A DNA stretch of 63,696 nucleotides from Craspedostauros australis (Eukaryota), in NCBI GenBank assembly GCA_030167865.1, contig JALAGF010002670.1, positions 1 to 63,696 of the forward strand. Reading direction: 5' to 3'. The notes beneath the pieces were generated by a model that ran no database searches, was not told the origin of the DNA, and saw nothing but the letters and a program-made list of their open reading frames with translations. This document shows positions 24,390 through 35,519 of this stretch, piece after piece; position 1 is the stretch's first letter; each line of letters begins with the position of its first letter. A program made the translations under genes and the position numbers.

Positions 24390-25852
24390 CCGCAGGGCGA
24401 CACGTGCTCTGTCCATGGCTGCAATTGCCACTGGCAAGCGTCACGAATGAAGGAGACAGCCCGGACCAATCGCAACTCCGATCATGGATGGTACACGCTC
24501 TGGTTGCGGCGGCGACATCACCATCGTCGGGGAAGAGAGACGCATCTGTCCCCTTCCACGAGAAGCAATACAACCAGCAGAGCACAAGTGCGAGAGCAAA
24601 TTCAAGCGCAAGAATCATAGCACGTAGCCAGCATCGACCTGGAGCGGACGGAACCATGGGAAGTGCCGCAGCGCGAGCAAGAATCAAACTACTTTCCTGT
24701 TTCTCCCTCTCTCCAGATGCAGGAGGAACCTGTTCTGCCCTGATGAATGAGAGAGATTCGTGACGGCTGCAACGATACTCCAACCCTTCTCTTGGCTGAT
24801 TCAACTCAACGGAATACTTGTGCTTGCCCTGCGATCTTTGATATGTATATGTATGCATGTTGGCGCCAAGACACAGGCGGGTCTTTGATCCTGGGACATG
24901 GCAGTTTGGATGAGGACCCGATGAATGTGTCGAGATTCACACGGCGACCGATGTTCTCGCAGATTCACCACACGACATCAACGGAGCATCATCGGCTTCC
25001 CAACGAGTGACGAACATGAGAGTTCGACCACGGAAGGGAAGCTGTTCACGTTCCAGTGAGATTCGTTAATTTTAGCCAACATTTGTGGCTGTTCCCGCAA
25101 CGAACACCAGATGCGACACGAAAGAGTAGCCTGACTGACATTCAGATTTCTGCCGTTCGACAATTTTTGTCGTGCTTGTCATTAAGTATTTTTCGCAAGG
25201 CTTATGTGCATCGGCATCACAAATCGAACTGGCCGCTCACACAAGACTTACCCTGGCTCCAACAGAAAGCAAACAAAGACAGAATGGGGCCGCGTCTGCA
25301 ACGAAGTCGCAGCAACAGTACCAGGGAGGTTTCATGTGGGTGACAGTGCGAACCAAGTTGACATCCCACCAAAATCCAGGACCCAGCAATCCGATTGGGT
25401 ACGTTACCACGATGAATGCCGATGGAAAGCCGTCACACGAGGAGACGAAGGGAACGAGAAAGACAGAAGCGCCACCACGTGTTCAAGAGCGGCGCCAACA
25501 AGCATCAGATGCAAGGAAAGCTGAGGAAGGTGTTGGTGGGTTCGCTATCATCGTATGGTATCACGTGGATGGCACACGCTATACATTGGCAGAATATTGC
25601 GCAGGCGGTTCACTTGTGCCCAACATTTAGATCGTATTACGCTCAACACGCTGGAATGGCGGCGCAGATCAACGAAAGATCATACCAACACCAGCGCCGC
25701 ATGCCACTTGCATCACAATTGCATCATAATACTCGTTCTCCTCCGATGCAGCTGCTGAATCACATCGAATCATAACGCACTCCGTCTGCAACAAATTCCT
25801 TCGCGTTTATTCGGCACAAGCCCAAGCAAAAGCACAAGCAAAAGCACACACC

Positions 25853-28693
25853 ATGGTACAGCGCAAGAAGCTGATCACAGCGGCGGCTGCCGTCCTCGCC
25901 TTGGGCCTTGGATTGACGATCTTGCTGGTCCAGATCACCAAGGAGGGCGACTCGTCGTCCAGAGGGAATCTGGAACCCTCCGCAGCGGATGGATCGGGCG
26001 AAGGAGCGCTGTCTCTGCCCAAAATCGTCGCGCACGGTGGAACGCCCGATCCGGAACACTTTCCATTGCAGCTTTGCAACGGCGATTGCGATTCCGATGC
26101 CGACTGCGCTGATGGTCTGGTCTGCTTCCAGCGGGACCCCCGTGACGATGTGCCCGGCTGCTCCGGCGGATTGCAGGATACCAGCAGAACCGACTACTGC
26201 GTTCCCAGCGACGATGAGCCACCCACTGCATTTCCAACTGACGCAGCGACGGCTTCTCCTACAGGCCTCCCTACAGCTCTCCCTACAGCTCCCCCGACGG
26301 TCTCGTCATCGACCCAAGGAAACGATCTCCAGACCAGTCTCCCCACTGGTTCTTTGTCAGAGATCCCCAGCAGCACACCCTCTGCCACTGCCTCCCACGA
26401 CAATGCTTCCCAAATACCGTCTGGCCTGCCTTCACAGATACCAACTGGCGCCTCCGAGAATCCCACAGTGAACTTGCAGTTGCTACCACTCCAATCTCAT
26501 GGAGAGGATCCGGATCCGCAGTATCTGCCATTGGAGCGCTGCCACGGGAACTGCGGCTCCGACGCAGACTGCGCAGATGGATTGGTGTGCTTCGAGCGCA
26601 ATGCCAACATGACGGTCCCTGGATGCATCGGCGGGATCGATGATGCGTCCGACACCGACTACTGCATCTACATCGAAACGACCAGCGCGCCTACACCCAC
26701 ACCAACAGCCACACCAACAGTTGCACCAACAACAACACCAACAGTTGCACCAACAACAACACCAACGGATTCAATCACAACCATGATCCCCGTGACGCCG
26801 CTTCCTTCCGCGCAGCCATCGGAACATACTCCAGACATCACCGAGGCACCGACGCCACTACCGATTCTGCCATTGAGAGCGTTCGGTGGCAACCCAGATG
26901 CCATACACCGACCACTGCAGCGTTGCCGTGGCGACTGCGACACTGATTCAGACTGCGACGTTGGCTTGAAATGCTTCCAGCGTGGGGCTCGCGTCGAGGT
27001 GCCTGGTTGCTCTGGTGGATCCAGCGATTCAACCACCTCGGATTACTGTGTCCACGATCCTAACGCGCCCAAATTGCCGCCGAGTGTCGCGCCCAAATTG
27101 TCGCCTACTGTTGCACCTACAAGCAGTCCCACCCCGCTGCCGCCTCGGTTGGTCATTCGCGATCCGACCACACCCATCCTCGCCATCTGCGAGGGACCTT
27201 GCACATCCGATTCCCAATGCGGAGATGGATCAACCTGCGCGGCCCGAAATGCAGGCGATGCCGTCCCTGGGTGCGTCGGATCTGATTCGTCCGATACGAA
27301 CTACTGCATTGCTGGCAACCCACCAACCTACGTGCCAGGGCACCTGACGGTCAACAAGCACGGATTGATCCTGTCGAAAGGACTGAATGCGCGGCATGTG
27401 GCCACCTCGGGTTCCACCATCAAGTACGCCAACGGTCAGCGCTCCAGCATCCCATTCCATGGACGCCCCGATGGTGCTGCCACCTTCGCTGATACGGATC
27501 CCAACAACGAGGGGGGCTGGATCTACGTCAGCAACTCTGAGATGTACGCCTCGCGCAAAGCAGGAGTTGGCGGCATCACTTTTGACAAGGACGGCAACAC
27601 TCTGGGCTACAAGATGCTGTTGGAAAAGACGACGCACAACTGCGGAGGAGGTGAGTGTGATTGGGCTGCATGCGGTAGTTAGGTCTGCCAGTATCATGTT
27701 GATAAGGGCAATGTGGTTTGCATTGGATTACGCACATTCAGACGCAGAGCTCGCACACATGAAAAATCGAAAGTTCCATTCTCATTCTAACACTCTACTA
27801 TGCTTGTCCTTTGGTTTCCTCGTGGCCTCTTTTCCATTGTACGTACTCGGACTGAACACTCTGATCATCACCATGTCACATCGCGTAACCTACGTGAAGG
27901 CCGCACACCGTGGAATACGTGGGTATCCTGCGAAGAGCACTCTACGAAAGGCGACGTGTACCAAGTCGACCCTCTCGGAATCCGACCGCCACAGATGGTC
28001 AACCTGAACGGCCACACAGGCAAGTATGAATCCTTTGCCGCTGACTATCGCGATCCCAACGCACCAACCTTCTACATCACAGAAGACAGACACATCGGAG
28101 CGCTGACCAGACTCAGGCCCGTCCGCGACGACTCAAGCGATTGGGATGCAGACCCGTGGTCCATGTTGCATGGTACGATGCGCGTGGACTACTTGTTACT
28201 CTCTGGCGATGGCACCTACAGATGGACTTCCGATAGAGGCGCAGCCGGAGCAAACGCACAGAACAGATACCCCAACAGCGAAGGAATTGATGTGTACGAG
28301 AATGAGCTCTTCTTCGTTTGCAAGAACCTCAAGATGATGTACACGCTAGATTTGGATGGAAACAGCTGGTTCCGAGAATCAACGAAGTCAGGTACGTTCA
28401 GCGGTTCGCCAGATCAGCTGCAACGCATCCTTGGTGACAGCCGCGACCTGCTCTACTTCACTGAGGAAGGCAGCAGATCGGCCGGAATCCATGCCCGCGA
28501 TCACCTCGGGAACTTCTACACAGTCCTAGAGGCGCCGTCGTTGTCCTCGGAGACGACAGGATTGGCCGTAAGCCCTGACGGCATGTACATGATGGTCGCG
28601 TACCAAGATGATGGCCATCTGTTCATGATCTGGAGAGACGACGGACACCCATTTGACGGGCAGCGATTGGACATCAAGTACCACGATGCATAG
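25853..28693 (+). CDS. Frustulin-ACR (x4) / PhoX(DUF839) fusion protein, copy 2, with N-terminal signal anchor; exons 25853-27650 and 27900-28693, ~863 aa
   Basis: MVQRKK plus hydrophobic stretch; ACR repeats CNGDCD, CHGNCG, CRGDCD and CEGPCT; same PhoX-like motifs as copy 1; intron GTGAGT...GTGAAG at 27651-27899, in the same codon position. Confidence 0.87.
26711..26766 (+). repeat. 24-bp tandem repeat encoding TPTVAPTT linker
   Basis: acaccaacagttgcaccaacaaca x2 plus a partial third unit. Confidence 0.8.
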
Positions 28694-31365
28694 AGACGTG
28701 CTGTTGCATGAAGGAGATTGCCGCCATCTCCAAGCATGAGATTCGGTGCATGAAACACTCGAACGCAACGCTTGGAATCTGCAGGCAAAAGGAAAGGCGC
28801 AGAACAGGATGAAGCATGAGCTGCGAAAGCTGCGACAGCTCGACATGTATATACATCAGAATAATACTCGAATGCAATCTATCGGTGGGCGTCAATACTC
28901 AAATATGGTTTGTACACAATGATAATAGTAAGCATGATGGATACTCTGACGGACTCTGGAACAGCTCCATAGAGAGCACGTCGCTCGACCGCACTCATCC
29001 GTCAACGATGCCTCTTCTGCTTCCAGAGAGGGAGTCATCCGTCATCTCATCATGCTGATGGGAAGACATGCTTGAGCGCATGCTTCTACTTCTTCACCAT
29101 GTGCATCCCATGTTGATGATGCCCGTGTACAACCACGAGCACGAGCGCGAGTATCCGGGAGCCTGTTGCCACGCCATCGAGAACGATTCTGTTGTTCTCG
29201 TTGTCATCAACATCTCGAGAATCTTGTGGCCACAAAGTTGTCGATTCCCACTCCGGAGCGACAGCGAATTTTCATCCATGGCTATCTCCGTGTACATGTG
29301 CATGTGCTCGGTTGGCGCACTCTCGAACGCCAATACCGATGCCAATGAGAATCTTGGCGGATTCATGGTGGTCTCGTTCTCAAACAAGTCTCTCTCTCTC
29401 TCTCTGTGCGTGTCCAGGAGCTACGGGTGTCTCTCCTTATTGCCTTCTCTCTTTCTTTCGACAGAGACGCAGCATTTGCGAATGCTGGTATTTTGTAGCA
29501 TAGTACTTCTCATTGTAACAGATTCGTGGTATGCTTCCAGCGTTCGAAAGAGTGCGGAAACTGGCCAGCCTCCCATCAGGTATAGGTAGATTCCGCTGAA
29601 GGAGAGACGCATTTGGAAATCAGAGTTGAGCAGCGAGTTGTTTTTAGGGTTTACTTATTTTACGGTAACTACTACAACACTGTCCGTTAACTTTCGAACA
29701 ATAACATTTGTATGTCTGTTTGTATATTATGTTCAGCTATGTCTGTCTTTTTGTTGTTTGGATTGTTTGTCTGTTGTTCAACGCCGTCCAGAATCCGGAC
29801 ACCTGCTAGATGTAATATATGACATATAGAAAATCAGTCGTGACAAGTGTTGTCCACGATACGTACAAACGCTCATGTTGCACACACGATTTTGTGTATT
29901 TGGTTTGGGTAGAAGGACGAGAGCGCCGAAGTTGAAGCATCTTGCGAGTCTTACATAGCGGGTGCCTGGCGTACTCCAAGCTAGAGTACGAGTATGCCTG
30001 ATGTGGCTTGATGAGGATAACACACTGGCATCGGCGCTCATTCGTGGTCCAAGTCTGTTTCGTTGTTTCTCTTCCGTCCTGAGAGGACGAATGCAAGATT
30101 TGCAACGATTGACTTTGGCGATTTGCGAAGGAGTAACGCAGTGGAGCACTCTCCTCCTATTCGCAACTGTTAACCACATCAAGAAGGCCGGCAAGCATTC
30201 AAATGCTTGCATTGTACTAAATGTAAGACGAGCAATACTCCGACGAACGCAACTGAATCTTTGTACTCTCCATCCAAGCTTGTTGTGGGCGATTGGGAAG
30301 ATTTGCAACATGCTATATTTGGTGGGAACGATGTTCAGGCATCCGTTAAGTGTTCGTGGATTTCTTTGGCAAATCGGAAGATGTGTCATGTGGTATGTGT
30401 ATCCGTTCCGCAATGAATGTGCCCTAGTGGAATTGTATCGATTGCGTGAGTCAACGCACATTCAACTCATGGACCGGAAACATGATGAAGGCCAGTCCTA
30501 TGATCATGGTCCATGCAATACATGCATGCGATACGAACACAAGAATGGCTCGCATACTAGTATCCGGTTGGTTGTGTCGGCGATCTTCTCGTCGTCCATT
30601 GACGTTGGCAATGGTAATGGCAATTGCGCTGCTCTATCTTAGTTTTTGGGGGGTTAAAGTATGTTGCGATACTCTCTCTCTCTCTCTCTCTCTCCGCAGA
30701 GACAAGTTTGGGACTCTTCCGTTTTGCACAATGTTGGTGTTGGTGGAGGGTCCGAGTAAGCACCGGTCGGCGTTGGTCACTGCACCGGCTCGCGAACTCC
30801 GAATCCGCAGTCTTCTCCTGTTGTCGTTTGTTGGGTTGAAGGAATTGATGGGATCGACATCACTGTGACATGGTTCGAATAACGTACTTTACTGTCGGCT
30901 ATCGACTTCTCCGCACTCGATGCGACTATCCACGTTTCACAATGTGTGCCCTTGTTCACATCTCCCAAAGCACGAACAAAATGCCAACACAACCAACTCG
31001 GCATCATCTTCTTTTGGCCGTTGCCAAGGAGCACAAGAAGATGCATTCAAAAAATTTAAACTGTCTCTGACTGAAGAAACTCCACAATTTCCGACCCACA
31101 TCGCGCAACTCAACTGGGAAAGGACCTCCTTCCACAGAAAACACACAACACACACAAAACGGAAGCACTCTCTCTTTGCGCACAAAGCATCGTAATCTCG
31201 TCCTTCAAGTGAAGCGAAGTACTTGTATTCGTAGAATAGAGTAGATCATACTCCGAAAACACGACAAGAGACATCATCATCAACAACAGCAGCAAGTAAC
31301 AGCAGCAGCAAGTAACAGCAGCAGCAAGCAACAGCAACAACAACAACAACCAAACAGACTTGACA

Positions 31366-34300
31366 ATGAGAATTTCGATCCTCGCTTCCGTCGCTGGCCT
31401 GTTGATCGCACTGCCGTGCGATGCAGACGCCATCGACTTGGCCGAACAACAGGGTTCCGATGGGTCCGCAAGGTCTTTGACAGATACACTTCCGTTCCCG
31501 ATGTTGATCGCGTACGGAGGCGATCCAAATTCTACATTTTTCCCGTTGAACCGCTGTGAGGGTGACTGTGACAACGACGACCATTGCGCTGACGGGTTGA
31601 GCTGCTTCCAACGGAATGCCAATGAGAACGTGCCTGGATGTTTCGGTGGCTTGATGGATGGGTCGAACAGTGACTACTGCATCCCAAGCCATCTCGTCCC
31701 AGCGGCCAACAACAACCCTCCACAACCAACGGAGATGCCTTCGATGGCCACAGAGGCGCCAACAGCCTGGCCCGTCCTCCCATTGGTTTCGTACGGAGGC
31801 AATCCCAACTCTACCTTCTTGCCGTTGAACCGCTGTGAGGGCGACTGTGACAACAATGATCACTGTGCCGATGGGCTGATGTGCTTTCAACGGAATGCCA
31901 ACGAGACCGTCCCTGGGTGCTTTGACGGTTCGATCGATACTTCGAACACTGACTACTGCATCCCAAGCCATCTCGTCCCAGCGGCCAACAACAACCCTCC
32001 ACAACCAACGGAGATGCCTTCGATGGCCACAGAGGCGCCAACAGCCTGGCCTGTCCTCCCATTGGTTTCGTACGGAGGCAATCCCAACTCTACCCTCTTC
32101 CCATTGAACCGCTGTGAGGGCGACTGTGACAACAATGATCACTGTGCAGATGGTTTGATGTGCTTCCAGCGCGATGCCAACGACGCCGTCCCTGGGTGCT
32201 TTGACGGGTCGGTCGATACATCGAACACGGACTACTGCGTTCCCGATTCATCCTACGTGAAACCAGCACCGATTCCAACTTCCCAACCATCGCAAATGCC
32301 TTTCGAAGTCGTCCTTCCATTGGTGTCGTACGGAGGTAATCCCAACTCTACATTCTTCCCATTGAGCCGCTGTGAGGGCGACTGTGACAACGACGACCAC
32401 TGTGCCGATGGGCTGATGTGCTTCCAGCGCGATGCCAACGTGGCCGTCCCTGGGTGCTTCGATGGATCGATCGATTCGTCCAACACGGACTACTGCGTGT
32501 ACGATCCATCTTATGTCGAACCAGACCCGATTCCAACTTCGCAACCAACGGAGATGCCTTCGGTGGCCACAGAGGCGCCAACAGCCTGGCCTGTCCTCCC
32601 ATTGGTTTCGTACGGAGGCAATCCTGATTCCACTTTCTTCCCGTTGAACCGCTGTGAGGGTGACTGTGACAACAATGATCACTGTGCCGACGGTTTGATG
32701 TGCTTCCAACGCGATGCCAACGAGACCGTCCCTGGGTGCTTTGACGGGTCGGTCGATACATCGAACACGGACTACTGCGTCCCCGACCCGTCCTACGTGA
32801 AACCAGAGCCGGTCCCAACTTCGCAGCCAACACCGCAAGCTGTCGTTGCAACGCACCCTCCCTATCCCTTTCCCATCCTCCCGTTGCTCTCCTACGGCAG
32901 CAAACCTGACCCAGAAAAGCTCCCGTTGCAGCGTTGCGAGGGTGACTGCGACATCGATGAGGATTGCGCCAATGGCCTGATCTGCTTCCAGCGCGGCCCC
33001 AACGACTTGGTGCCCCAATGCTCTGGCGGACTCACAGATGTATCCAGCACAGACTACTGCATCATCGACCTGGACCGCCCACCTACCGAGTCGCCCACAA
33101 GCGTCCCAACTGCGACACCACTGGACTTGGTCATTCGCGATTCATCCACGGCCATCCTCAACGCCTGCGAGGGACCATGCACATCGGATTCTCACTGTGC
33201 TGATGGCACTTCCTGCTTGTACCGAAATGCAGGTGACTCTGTCCGTGGGTGCATCGGGACTTCCTTGGTGGACATGCAGTACTGCGTTGCCGACATCGAG
33301 CCGACCTACATCCCTGGGCATCTATCGGTAAGCAAGTACGGCTTGATCCTGTCGGAAGGATTGGATGCCCGACTTGTGGCCACCTCGGGCTCTACCGTCA
33401 AGTACGACAACGGTCAAAGCTCCAGCATCCCATTCCATGGACGTCCCGATGGTGCTGCGACGTTCGCTGATACGGACCCCAACAACGAGGGTGGCTGGAT
33501 CTACGTGAGCAACTCCGAGATGTTCAACAAAGGCACCGGAGGAGTCGGTGGCATCACTTTTGACAAGGACGGCAACACTCTGGACTACAATATGCTGTTG
33601 GAAGACACGACGTACAACTGCGGAGGAGGTGAGTACGATGGGTCGAATGACGCAACTTGGATCAGACTCAAGGCGTTTGAATGCTTGTCTGCCACTGTGC
33701 GCATGTGTCGGTTGTTGAGATGGACTATCATGCGCTGAGTCCATTGGCTCCATGTACCCTCCCCCTCATCACTCATAGTCTGTTGCTTCTCGTCTTTTTT
33801 CCCTCTTCCCTTGTGTATTTTCCTACGGAACACTCTGGTCGTCACCATATCACACGATCCATTCTACGTGAAGGCCGCACGCCATGGAATACATGGATCT
33901 CATGTGAAGAGTACTCTACGAAAGGCAACGTGTACCAAGTCGACCCCCTCGGAATCCGACCGCCGCAGATGATCAACCTGAACGGCGACACCGGCAAGTA
34001 CGAGTCCTTCGCCGCTGACAACCGCGATCCCAACGCGCCGGTCTTCTACATTACAGAAGACAGACATATCGGTGGTCTGACCAGAATCAGGCCCGTCAAC
34101 GATGGATCCAGCGACTGGAACGCAGATCCCTGGTCCATGCTGCATGGCACAGTGGTCGTCGACTACTTGATGCTATCGACTGATGGCACCTTCAGCTGGA
34201 CTCCGGACAGAACAGCGGCTGGAATCAACGCGGAGATCATGTATCCCAACACGGAAGGAATCGACGTGTACGAGAATGAACTCTTCTTCATTTGCAAGAA

Positions 34301-34667
34301 GATCAAGATGATGTACACGGTAGATTTGGATGGAAACAGCTGGTTCCGAGAATCCACGAGGTCAGGCACGTTCAGCGGTCAGCCAGATCAGCTGCAACGC
34401 ATCCTTGGTGACAGCCGCGACCTGCTCTACTTCACTGAGGAAGGCAGCAGCTCGGCCGGGATCCACGCCCGCGATCACCTGGGAAACTTCTATACAGTCC
34501 TGGAAGCGCCATCGTTGTCCTCGGAGACGACGGGATTGGCCGTAAGTCCTGATGGCAAGTACATGATGGTCGCGTACCAAGATGATGGCCATCTGTTCAT
34601 GGTGTGGAGAAAGGACGGACACCCATTTGACGGGCAGCGATTGGACATCAAGTATCACCATGCATAG
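31366..34667 (+). CDS. Secreted frustulin-ACR (x7) / PhoX(DUF839) fusion protein, copy 3; exons 31366-33628 and 33874-34667, ~1018 aa
   Basis: Signal peptide MRISILASVAGLLIALPCDA; six CEGDCD repeats plus a terminal CEGPCT repeat; PhoX-like domain highly similar to copy 2; intron GTGAGT...GTGAAG at 33629-33873. Confidence 0.88.
31490..33065 (+). repeat. Intragenic tandem array of ~258-282-bp ACR-plus-linker units
   Basis: The anchor TACGG(A/C) (YG) recurs at 31513, 31792, 32071, 32329, 32611 and 32893, giving periods of 279, 279, 258, 282 and 282. Units 1-5 are near-identical at DNA level. Array boundaries are approximate. Confidence 0.9.
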
Positions 34668-35519
34668 AGATGGAATCTTGCGCGCAGTATGAACGCGACA
34701 GCATCACCATCATCATCAGAAGCAGCGCCGCTATCAGAACAAGCGCTGTCAAGTAGTCTGGCCGGTGGATGTGCCGCGCCAAGACAGGACAAAGCAAAGC
34801 AAGACAAGGCATCTGGACGAAGTCAGAACGGAGACGCGTCCTGTACAGAACACTGCTATAATATAATGCATAATACAGATATCATCAACACTCTGGAGAG
34901 AGTATAGTGGATCGATGGTGTCCCAGTGTGCGCAGACGAGTCGAGTATTGCGCAAGAGCGTCACAACGAATGTGGATTGTTTTGGGTCGGAGTTGACTTT
35001 GTGACGTTGCGTGTGGATCAATGACAAAAACGTTAAATAAACGTTTTTCATTGCACGCACAACACGAAATTGGCCATAGCGAATTTTCTTGAGTCACGCC
35101 CATCGTTATTCTTGTGAATTTGGAGATCGTGAACAGTTACTTTCTGCGCAAAATTGTGAGGCAACAGCACGAGAAGTGAAGCCGACAAACACACAACACA
35201 GCACAAAGAGGGCAACTGTCCCGCTCTGCCGCCAAGACAAACACAGAGAGAGCAAAGAGAGCGACAGCGAATCGACACTATTCAACCGCGAGCACTCGAA
35301 AGAGCAAAGGGTGAACTCGATTCGAGCAGAGTTGAGCCTACCAGTATTGTTCGTATCTGATCCAGAGGGTAGAGCTTGCGTATCATACTCGTGGCACAGA
35401 GGCGCATTGGATCGCTCGGAACAGCCGGTGCTTGACGTTCTGGGTGCCGCAGAAAGAGAGAGAGAGAGAGACGCTGTGAAGACTGATAGATAGCTGCCAC
35501 ACGAGGAGGAGAGGGCATC

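Noticed and set aside
29600-30660. AT-richer stretch with ~226-aa ORFs on both strands and a short imperfect palindrome (gtccagaatccggac) as a transposon
   Set aside because: No transposase, RT or integrase motifs, terminal repeats or target-site duplication could be identified.
31490-33065. Regular repeats as a CRISPR array or satellite
   Set aside because: The units are in-frame protein-coding domains of 258-282 bp with no unique spacers, in a eukaryotic context with no cas genes.
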